DNA from: Eledone cirrhosa
Lineage: Eukaryota
Assembly (NCBI GenBank): GCA_964016885.1
Contig: OZ024744.1
Coordinates: forward strand, 83,824,001-83,888,000
DNA: 64,000 nt
Direction: 5' to 3'
Part shown: positions 53,542 through 64,000 of the stretch, piece by piece
Position numbering within the stretch: position 1 is the stretch's first letter
Layout of the letters: every line of letters starts with the position of its first letter
The notes under the pieces: model-generated
The model's input: the letters and a program-made list of their open reading frames with translations, nothing else
What the model was told of the DNA's origin: nothing
Databases searched by the model: none
Translations under genes and position numbers: made by a program

Positions 53542-54302
53542 TATATAGTTAAACATATATCACACTCAAAAAGGTTCTTACATTATGTTGTATAGAACAA
53601 TGGTTTCCCGCACCTTTGCACTCGGAATGCCTGATATAACATATGCGATGCGTGCATACTTCCTTGAGAAGGAAGATAATAAGGCCCATGAGCTTGAAGA
53701 ACATTCTCAGATTCAAATCCTGACCATCACAGATAAAAAATTTAGTTACATCCGCGAATGTCACATATGGCTTAATAACGAACATAGAATTTAAGAAGTG
53801 AAAAGATGTTTTCTTAGATAAGGTAAAGTGGAATATAAAACCGCTAAAATTCTCAAAATTGTACGTGGTAAGCAAGCAATCTTCACATTTAAAGGAGGTA
53901 AGCAAATACATTTAAGATAACCTCGTAGACAATAGGACACCTAATTCATACAGAACAAGCTGAAGCACATACAATGAAATCAACATAGAAGTATACTAAA
54001 GGTGGTTTCAAAACATGACACACAAGATTACCAACCATACATGATTGCTGTGAAAAACAGAACACACTTTCAAAAGTTACCTCAACTAGTACAATAGATC
54101 ATTCGGTCATCACCAATTGGAAAATTTGGTAGTATTACCAAAAGACATTCGGCAATAGAGAGATAAAAAAGAAACCACTACAATTTCTTGGGCTATAATA
54201 TATATATATATTTTTACGACCACAATAACGACAACAATAATAACCTCAGCTGTGGTGGTATTGGTAGTCATAACAAATTATCATCGAATCGATAGAGATA
54301 GT

Positions 54303-54566
54303 AATAATTGTTTCTACTTTTGGCACAAGGCCAGCTTATTACCCAGTACAAGTAGTAATGATTTCTAGTATAGGCACAAGGCCAGTAATTTGGGGGGAGG
54401 GGAAAGTCGATTAAATCGACCCCCAGTACGTTACTGGTGCTTTATTTTATCGAGCCCGTAAGGATGAAATGCAAAGTTAACCTTGGCGGGATTTGAACTC
54501 AGACTATAAAGGGGCGTAACTCTAGGCTGCAAAGCATGGCGTTCGACCTTCTACCGATACTGCCAA
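54303..54566 (-). mobile_element. SINE long subtype plus an extra short-subtype 3' end
   Basis: Family consensus with the duplicated GGCACAAGGCCAG end. Confidence 0.85.
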
Positions 54567-55329
54567 ATAATAATGATTTTAGCAGCAACTACAGTGATAA
54601 TTATGACAATCATCACTCAACAACAACACCTAAACAAATTAGAAGTAAGAATTGTGTGATCGGACTTCTAGATTGTAAATAGAGCGTAAGAAAAAATAAA
54701 GGATTTTAAAATGATTAAAACCCGAATGGGGTAGAGGTATCGAAGGAAGGAAATATGTATGTTGATTAATAAAATAAATAGGTAAGATAATAATATGGAT
54801 GAAGATGGAGATATAATTACTATTATGGTTGGAAAACAAACGTGATGTAGGGCGGGAATAACAAGAGCCACGGACACATATATACGTGTGTACTTGTTCG
54901 CAAAGGGGCCGCATATGACTGTATATAAACATAGCACCACATGGCAAGTAATACGAAAAAGCCAGTTCAACAATGTTCAACACTGGACACATGTATGTTG
55001 GTGCGCATACATGTAAATATGTCGATACAAATATGTGCGTATACAAATATGTGTTTCTTGAATAGATGATGTGCATGAAAGATCGCACAAATTAAAGTGG
55101 TGTACCATGAGGTAACCGCATAGTATATCGTAACACAATAAAAATACATTGTAAATTTAAGATTGTATGACCAGCCTATAGAGTTGTAGATAGCGAACAA
55201 TAATAAAAGAAAGTACAACAAAACAGACAGTAGTTTAAGTGCAGATATACATACGGAGTACAAAGAAGAAAAAAATACCGACCATCGTAGCATGGGTATA
55301 TAATCCTATATGTGTATAACAGAGTGGGG

Positions 55330-55900
55330 TTAGTGTGATTCGGGGTGGACGTATATAGAGTATCACAGTTTCACCGGAGGTTGGTGTCGGTGTGTAGCCA
55401 TGCCCCGTTCACGTGGTCAGGTTTGGTACCAGCCCATAGCTATTACATCTACATTGTTATTTGTATAGTCTGAAGAAGATTCCAGTTGATCTATGGTGGC
55501 AGGTGCTGAATAGGTTATTTCTTTTATCAATAACCTGGGCTCCTCTCTTAATTATCTCCATAATTTCAATGACACAGAGATGGCACGTATCATGCCCTCT
55601 TCCGTTATAAGGTTGGCCTGTGGTGACTTTGGAGACCACGACAAGGTTTACCCAATGTTGTCATGTTTGAGCTGCCACACCTGTTCGGTGTACCAAAATA
55701 TTACATAAATGAAGCGAATTAATTTCGACTGCCAACACATACACAAATTCGTCCTTAGAAATTTCAATTGAACTCTTCGGATACCGGACAGGAGACAGGT
55801 GAGGATCTATTCCTTTGATACCGCTTGCATTAATTCCATTTCTTTCCTTTCCAAATGCCTTGACTTGTACGTTTCAGCGAAGAGCCGATCAAGCAAAATA
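55330..55900 (-). mobile_element. Degenerate Naiad PLE endonuclease C-terminus
   Basis: PYNGRGHDTCHLCVIE...IDKRNNLFSTCHHR matches the CxLCxxE...LN.R.E...CRH pattern of the 22019 ORF. Confidence 0.7.
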
Positions 55901-56068
55901 CCACAACTGTTTTATATTTTGATTATAACACATGAATTAAGGCTTATTAAACTGTATTCAAACCTTCAAGTGAGCACTGGTAAGTTTTATTTCCACGAAT
56001 TATATATATATAAAATAAGTAAGTCAAACATGTAAAATTTGGCTTCGTTTATTATAAATTATAAATTC

Positions 56069-56123
56069 TCTGCTATATATATTTCGGTGACAGCTATTAT
56101 TGGGTGTGACCTCTTCAGGTAGT
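56069..56123 (-). ncRNA. Slightly degenerate type I hammerhead
   Basis: ctac-CTGAAGA-ggtcac...gtcacc-GAAA-tatata-TA-gcag. One mismatch each in stems I and II. Confidence 0.5.
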
Positions 56124-56409
56124 CCGAATTGGTGTGGAAAAGACAGGTATACATGTTGTTGAAGTGTGCTTTGCACTGTCAATAGATTGATATGTCCAGC
56201 TCCTGTGTGTGTTGTTAGTCCTCCGAGGAGCTGGAATCATATGTCGAGTGCTCCAATCTGCATAACGAGGTATCGGTAAACAACCAACACATATTCAATA
56301 TATATATATATATATAGTAATAATAATAAATTTGAAGACTAAAATCCAAAGAGGGCTCGATAAGGATAAATATATATCAAATATATAAGAACCGTAGAGC
56401 AAATACTTA

Positions 56410-56990
56410 TTAAAATAACAGATTAAAGTTTAAGCAAAGAATCGCTGCTTTCACCCTTAACGGGATCTTCTGAAACTAATAAAGTCAATCTGTGAACGCA
56501 GAAGTGAATATTTAAAAAAACTTTGCCACCGGAGGAAGACAGGAAGACGATACTTTGGTTCGTGGAAACGTTCCCTGGCAAAGAACGGGAAAAAACGAAT
56601 ATAATACGTCATTATTTGGAGCGGTGAAAAACAATTACACGCAAAGACAGAACCACGTTTATGGTATAAAAGAAGTTGTAGTCCAATATTCTCTTAGGTG
56701 GTTCATAGAGACGTTCTCTGGCAATGAACGGAAAAAACGAAGAAAATACGTCCGTCATATGTGGAGCGTGGAGAACAATAGCACGCAAAGACAAAACCAC
56801 GTAAATGGTATAGCTGAAGTCGTAGACTAAAATTCTAACTAGGAAACCGAATGATTCTCCGCTTCAGAGTTAAGAATAAAGTAAATAAAATACAGAGGTA
56901 ATTGAAATTAAATAAATACATACACGCATCCATATACGTACATACACAAGCATACGCGAATTCTTTGCTTAAACTTTAATCTGTTATTTT

Positions 56991-56992
<2 letters not shown>
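56410..56992 (-). mobile_element. PLE 3'UTR-derived element with 33-bp inverted termini and CAGAAGA hammerhead-like motif
   Basis: TTAAAATAACAGATTAAAGTTTAAGCAAAGAAT with its reverse complement at 56960-56992. Internal diverged tandem duplication. Homologous to 5556-6460. Confidence 0.75.
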
Positions 56993-57046
<54 letters not shown>

Positions 57047-58081
57047 ACAATTAATTATCGCTCTACATGGCATAATACAATAAATGTAATCTGAGCTTTT
57101 CGAATATTAATAATAATATTCGATTCGTTTGCAATTATGCAAACACCCTCTTTTATATTCCATGTCAGTAGAATGAGCCGCTCATTCTTTCTCTTGTGTT
57201 GGCATGCAAACAGAACTGCAGACACTAATGCTTCTGGGTGATTACCCCTCGTCAGTGCAGTTTATTGCTTACCTGCCAACTGTCAGAGCTAGTGAAAATA
57301 TATAATATTTTCTGAAATATACAGTGACTGATCGGCCTGATTTGCATCTTAGCAGACTGGCTGATCAATCAGATCTGCATATAGGGAGGTTCTGAATATT
57401 GATGATGGATTTTATAACTTGATTGTTCTAAACGATCTGCGAGTAACTCATGCAAAAATATGAAAATAAAATTGATAAAACATATAAAACTGGCACACAA
57501 TTGTGTATTGAATACAACATATCTAACAGACACGTGTATTTTTGCTTATCAGTGCATATATTAATACACATACACCTATGTATATATGTGTGTATGTCTT
57601 TATGTGTGAATGTGTGTGTATGTGTAAACATTTAATTTGTCCAAATTTAAATATATGAATTTATATTTAGGGATGTGTAAAAACCATTTATTACAATTAA
57701 CTTTTTAAACGTACAAATTGATGACTTCCATATCTTCAATATGGAAGTCGTAGGATGTACCACCATATTTCAATGTTCATTAAAATATAATCCATACATT
57801 TAACAGTATACATAGTTCCTAAACATTAAACAACTTAATCATTCCTTCCCTCTCTTACTCTCTCCATATTACACATTCTCTTTCTCTCTCTCTCTCTCTC
57901 ACACACACTCTCTCTCTCTCTCTCTCTTTCTCTATTTCTCTCTCTTTTCTCTCTCTCTCTATATATATATATAGAGAGAGAGATAGAGAGATAGAGAGAT
58001 AGATAGATAGATATAAATAGAAAGAGAGAGAAAGAGAAAGAGAGATATATATATACAGTTAGATAGATAGATAGATAGATA

Positions 58082-58941
58082 GATTTCTTTATTAGCCACA
58101 AGGGCGCACAAGAAAAAGGGACAATACAAAGACATGCCGGGGATTTTACATACAGTCGTGTAAAAATTATAAAAACAAACAAATTTAACAATCAAAATCC
58201 CCAATAGGGGGGAGGCGCCATAAATGGGTTGATAAATAGAATAACCCTCAACTCCAGGAGCGTCTTGCGCAAGTGCTCCTTTCTTCCTTTTGCTCTCTTC
58301 TTCAAACTACAGGCCCAATCACTCGGGCCATTTTCGCTTCATTCACCTACCTTTCAGCAAATTTACTGGGGTGCAGTGCCTCTCCTTCCACCTTGATTCT
58401 CCTTCTAAAGTGGTACTTAAAGAAGGGAATCAATTGTTGTCCGGAGAGAAAGGCATCTGTCCTCAGTCCTCTCAACCTCGTCCACCATATAACTTCTTTC
58501 ACCATAGCCACCGTACAGAGGAAAACCGCCTCTCTTCCGTTTTTGAAAGCGGCTGGCGGTTTGATCCTTACTATGGACTCGGCAGTCAACTGGATTTGTC
58601 CCATACGCGACAGCAGTTGTTCTGCATAGTTCCAGAGGTCGATTACGCCCGGGTACTGTACAATTACGTGCAGGACTCTTTCAATGTCCCGCGCGCATCT
58701 TGGACACGTCCTCTTGGAAAGATCCCTGCCGAGACGTCCGTGCCTGTAGATCTTGTCACGAACCGGTAGAGCTCCTCGGTAGCACTGCCAGGCCAGGGAC
58801 CTCTGGAAGTTCTCCATAGGTCCGGGCGGAAAGTCCTACCAAACAGACTGGTGAGCTCATCGTCTTCGACGCCCAGAGTTTCTCCGAGCACGTCGTCGCC
58901 CTTGTAACGCACAATCCCTCTATAGAATGTCGAAGTGGAGT
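58082..58941 (-). mobile_element. 5'-truncated Tx1/L1-like LINE inserted in (AGAT)n
   Basis: ORF 58347-58817 (LAWQCYRGALPVRD, CPRC...HVIVQ). (AGAT)n on both sides. Confidence 0.88.
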
Positions 58942-59557
58942 CAGATAGATAGATAGATAGATATTAACATTAAGGATTACATTTCTTAAAAGATCGGGTG
59001 AGAGGTTGAAATTCTTAGGTATGTTAAGTAATCTTTAAGTAATCTTTAATAAAAATAATTTACGATAAGACCAAATTTTATTTATATCTGAATTTAAGTT
59101 AATAGGAAGAAAAAAAATTATGCCATGTTTGTTATCAGCTGTAATTCGTAGGCATATTTCACTAAATAATTCGATGAATCGTACCTAATTTATGATTATA
59201 AATAATTTATGAGACTACCAATCCACCATCACTATATAGAATTCGCAAGTTAGTAAATATTAAAAATATGAAGTAAAGTTTAAAAATATAAAGTCTAAGA
59301 ATGTTTTATAATGCTGCTCCATCGTATGAGTACATGGAATCATATACATTATTTGTCATTGATATTGCTTAAACATTGTATTACTGACATGTTGCCATTC
59401 AATGATATGGAAGATATTGCGTATTTTTATTTATTCTAAATATAGATTAATCTAAAATAAACAATTCCTTGATCGGTTTTTGCGCGGTTGACAAGCATTT
59501 TTTTAGGATGGCGAAAAAAAAATAATAATAACTTCACTATATTTACGAATAATATAT

Positions 59558-59732
59558 AATTGTTCCTATATTTGGCACAAGGCCAGAATTTGTGCATTAC
59601 TGGTAATTTATTTTATAGACCACGTAAAGATAAAGGCAAAATTAACCTCGGTGGGATTTGAACACAGACCATAAAGGACCATAACTCTATCTTGCAAATC
59701 ATGGCGTCTGACCCTCTACCGATAATGCCAAA
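59558..59732 (-). mobile_element. Diverged SINE
   Basis: Family consensus with substitutions. Confidence 0.8.
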
Positions 59733-60295
59733 CTGCCGCTTATCCACGAATGATATATAATGTATGTTTGACTAAGTACTCTATTGCGTCTCAATATCTT
59801 TAGCATCTATGTTTATGGACATGTATGTGTTGGTACTTCATCCATTGTATGTGTTAGTAATGTTATTAACTAATAATCGGTAATGCGAGGTTTAGTTGAA
59901 TATCTGTCCGATATATGGATTTGAGGTTCTTAGAAATGTATAATGATTTAATATCTTATTTAACAAGCTCTCAAAGCTATTATAAATTTTCCGGGACCTT
60001 AATGCAAATTATATAATTCAGTATATACATCAATACTTTGGCTCATGAGCTCAGTGATTAGAGCGGAGCATAATTGCTATGATTTAGTAAAATATACTTA
60101 GAAATTCAAATATCCAAAATCAATAATATTTTTTATACTCAAGATCGTGTGAATGGTTTCGTCAACTTTTTGCTTACTTGTAGTGACGTTACCACTGAAA
60201 GAAATGGTTCGCAAGAGTTCATGCACTTTCTACAATACGTTAACATATTTTCAACATTCAAATTGACTCAAAACTGCATAAAATTTCTTTGATTC

Positions 60296-60378
<83 letters not shown>

Positions 60379-61189
60379 TTGTTAGTCTATTTTTGTTTTT
60401 GTTGTGGAGCGAATGACTCCTAGTCTTCATTAAGACATCTCTCTAGGAGAATGTCACTCTGATATAAAACTTGCGACTTTGTTCGCATCCAATGGTGTAG
60501 ACCAGTTCTTTTGAGACAAATGCATTCAATGTTCAGATAGTGGGATTGGCCCCATGCAAAACATTTCCTCACATAAAATAAGCCTCAAGCATAGGCATTG
60601 CTTCATATGACATTTTTTGCAATACATGGTATAGCAGGACGAAAAAGCCACGTCTGTGATGCTCACGCTTAAATATCAAGCGAGGGAATTGCTCGAAATC
60701 GAGTTGAAGCTATCCTCATCATGTTTTATGTATGTTTGTATGTTTGTTCTTCTAGTTTTATAATTTTATTAATGTTTACCAAAAGAGAGAGAGTCGGTTT
60801 CTAACATAGATACAAGACTCTCTCATTGGAATTTACACATCAACTAGCTAGATAAGTATGTATATCTGCATGTCTGCATTTGTGTGCACGTATTGTATGT
60901 GTGGCTGTGTATGTTTTGAGTTATATGTGCATATGCTTTGTATCTGTACATGTGTGCATGGAGTTATTAGATGCAGCATTTTTGGAATGTTTTTCATATT
61001 TTATATTATGTATGTGTTTATGTATGTATGGTGTGTATATATGAATGTATGTATGTACGCACGTGTTATCTTTTGTTTGGATGCTAACAGTAAGAGATTG
61101 GCCTTTGTGTGTTGAGTTAACCTTTTGAGGGGACAACATTACTTTACATACTTACCAATATCACATGTAATCACTTGCTATGAATTTCT

Positions 61190-61788
61190 TCAATTAGGTA
61201 TTCGCGTCAACCTTTACCCGTGGTCATGTGGCTTGGGTAATGACTGAAAGAATACGATCGAGAAAACAAGCAGCCGAAATGGTTTTTCACCCGAAGGGTC
61301 TTTGGAGTAACGTTACTCGATAGAGTGCTTAGCTAGGAAATCAGAGAGTCACTCCAGGTAGAAATACTACTTCTCCGAATTGAGAGAATACAGCTCCGAT
61401 ATTTGAGCATGTGGTTAGAATGTCTCAGGAAAGAATCGGTAGTAAATTTTACGGCCAAAACTAACCAACAGTAAACCCAGAGGTAGACCCTGAGCAAGAT
61501 GGTTGCATATCACCCATGAGCTTGGTTGGTCCCCCTTGGGGATCCAGCTTGGATCAATTGGAGATGGTTGCTTCTGACAGGACCCGTAGGAAGGGGAGTT
61601 TGAAGACTCTGCCCCACCACCTCTCAGGAATAAAAGGGCGAAGAAGAAGAAGAAGAAGAAGAAGAAGAAGAAGAAGAAGAAGAAGAAGAAGAAGAAGAAG
61701 AAGAAGAAGAAGAAGAAGAAGAAGAAGAAGAAGAAGAAGAAGAAGAAGAAGAAGAAGAAGAAGAAGAAGAAGAAGAAGAAGAAGAAGA
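61190..61788 (+). mobile_element. RTE-like LINE 3' fragment with long (AAG)n tail
   Basis: WVMTERIRSRKQAAEM, GVTLLDRV, EIRESL, IERIQLRY. (AAG)n at 61641-61787. Confidence 0.8.
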
Positions 61789-61872
61789 TTTGTAAAATAT
61801 TCCAAATGGTATTCCATATTTTTCCAAAAGGCTATCATCAATTTTGGCGTGTTGTATTCTCTATAGGAGTTC

Positions 61873-62023
61873 TAAAAATTACTGTTTGAGTTTTGTCTGA
61901 TTCTCTTATATAAAAATTACTGTTTGAGTTTTGTCTGATTCTCTTATATAAAAATTACTGTTTGAGTTTTGTCTGATTCTCTTATATAAAAATTACTGTT
62001 TGAGTTTTGTCTGATTCTCTTAT
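61873..62023. repeat. 38-bp perfect tandem repeat, ~4 copies
   Basis: TAAAAATTACTGTTTGAGTTTTGTCTGATTCTCTTATA starts at 61873, 61911, 61949 and 61987. Confidence 0.95.
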
Positions 62024-62277
62024 CTAGCTTGATAGTTTTCTTAATTCATTTTCTCATCTTCAAGATTGACTTAAAGAAAGACAAATAAATTAAGGATATT
62101 TGTTCTAATATGAATCACATATTAATTCATCTAGTAAGTCTGTTGTTAGTTAGTCATCATTTTGAATTCTCATTTTGAGGTTTCACCTGTACAAAAGATG
62201 GTTGATGTAGACTTTGCATCCTGCACAATTGTCATAATATGAAGCAAAAGCATTATGGATATATATATATAAATATA

Positions 62278-62403
<126 letters not shown>

Positions 62404-63176
62404 AAGAGAGAGAGAGAGACAGACCAATTCTTCTCGACTAATATTACCAAGATAAACTCATAGAAAATACCGTAAAAATCCTACTGGTATTCAATCCAAG
62501 GAAGGGCCTTGTTTCCCCTTTATGTGGTATTTTTGTATGGCTTTATTGATCAGTGATCGATCATCACAACCATATCAGTCTTTATTGCATCCCGCCTGCT
62601 CTTTTGGAAATAATTTTGTGTTTAAATAATTTACCCTTTGCGATATTATTGCAGTTGAGGTTCTGTAATTTATAGTAAAGTAGTCTATGGTTCTGGTATG
62701 TTGTGTTTAGTGTTTTCCATTTCTTGAGTATTGGGGATTAATCGTATTGGGCAAATGTTACATTCTTATTACACATCAATACTAAATCTGACACATACAT
62801 TAGATAAGTGACGTTACAGTTGTGGCGACAAAAATGACGAAGCGAGTAAAATATAGATCTCAACAAACTAACGAACCAATAAATAATAAACAAGATTGGG
62901 AAACCTGCAAAAAGAATATGCAGAAGAAATTATACAATATGTCCGACAACTCAGAAAATATACCATCTACAAATCAATGAAATATTTGCAAAATAATCTA
63001 TTCTACACAAAACATATAAGACTACACAAAATAAATATAAGGCAATACAATGAACAACACATACATTTAATGAGTCCGCAAGACAATTGAAATACAACAG
63101 AATTTGTCACACCTGAAATAATCAAGGCATTGCAGCAACTCAAAGACGGACAGGAAGTAAAAATAACTAAAATAAT

Positions 63177-63357
63177 AATTGTTTCTACTTTTGGCAAAAG
63201 GCCAGTAATTATCCCAGTACATTACTGGTACTTTATTTTATCAAACCCGTAAGGATGAAAGGCAAAGTTAGCTTTGTCGGGATTTGAACTCAGACTCTAA
63301 AGGGTCGTAACTCTATGCTGGAAAGCATGGCGTCCGACACTCTACCGATACTGCCAA
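63177..63357 (-). mobile_element. Full-length tRNA-derived SINE
   Basis: Family consensus. Confidence 0.9.
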
Positions 63358-63569
63358 TAATAATATACTTTTAACGACAGCAGCTACATAAAAAAAAACT
63401 ACAAGCCAGCCAAAAATAATACAATTGCAACTTAAGGTAAGCAGCTGTCACGACAATAGCAGCAGCATTAGTAATTATTACGACCACGATAACGACAACA
63501 ATAATAACCTCAGCAATGGTGGTATTGGTGGTCATAATAAATTATCATCGAATCGATAGAGATAGTAAT

Positions 63570-63756
63570 AATGATTTCTAGTAATTTGGGGAGGAGAAAG
63601 TCGATTAATCGACACCAGTACGTTACTGGTGCTTTATTTTATCGAGCCCGTAAGGATGAAAGGCAAAGTTAACCTCGGTGGGATTTGAACTGAGACCGTA
63701 AAGGGACGTAACTATGCTGCAAAGCATTGTGTCTGACGCTCTACCGATACTGCCAA
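63570..63756 (-). mobile_element. SINE long subtype
   Basis: Family consensus. Shares its 3' flank with the 54303-54566 copy. Confidence 0.85.
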
Positions 63757-64000
63757 TTCTCCGGTCATAGAAGTCACCATAAAAAAAATTCAAACAAATT
63801 CGCAGACACGACAAGAATATACCATCGACAGAACACTTAAAGACAAACAAAATGGAAACATATTACAACAGATCAACCAGGATTAACATTAAGAAGCACC
63901 TACCAGATACAATAAAGACAAAGAAGACAGGAACATTAAATCGAAGGATATCGGTTGATGTAAATACTTACATGAGCCTAAAGGATCTTCTACTTCTTTT

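Noticed and set aside
61873-62023. 38-bp repeats resembling a CRISPR array
   Set aside because: Head-to-tail with no spacers, no cas genes and a eukaryotic context.
62870-64000. A-rich coding-like segments around two SINEs
   Set aside because: Possibly an old LINE remnant, but there is no motif I can name with confidence.

Overview
AT-rich eukaryotic (animal) DNA made almost entirely of microsatellites and transposable elements; I see no host gene. The repeat spectrum is most consistent with an octopus/cephalopod genome (inference). The centrepiece is an apparently intact, very young Naiad-clade Penelope-like retroelement (20403-25429): one 773-aa RT + GIY-YIG ORF between two ~1.45-kb direct pseudo-LTRs. 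Each pseudo-LTR carries a type I hammerhead ribozyme (HHR) with an unusually enlarged, branched stem II and an internal microsatellite. Around it are decayed Penelope-like elements (PLEs) of several families, a near-full-length degenerate Tx1/L1-like LINE and fragments sitting in microsatellites, RTE and R4/Dong-like LINE remnants, two non-autonomous Helitrons, a Tc1/mariner deletion derivative and about 20 copies or fragments of a tRNA-derived SINE. Reading both strands gives more than a dozen hammerhead or hammerhead-like motifs. These include back-to-back inverted HHR pairs and two families whose copies share non-canonical cores (CAGAAGA, CCGATGA). All RNA structures were read by eye and none is computed or tested. 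Almost all short ORFs in the track are microsatellite artefacts.
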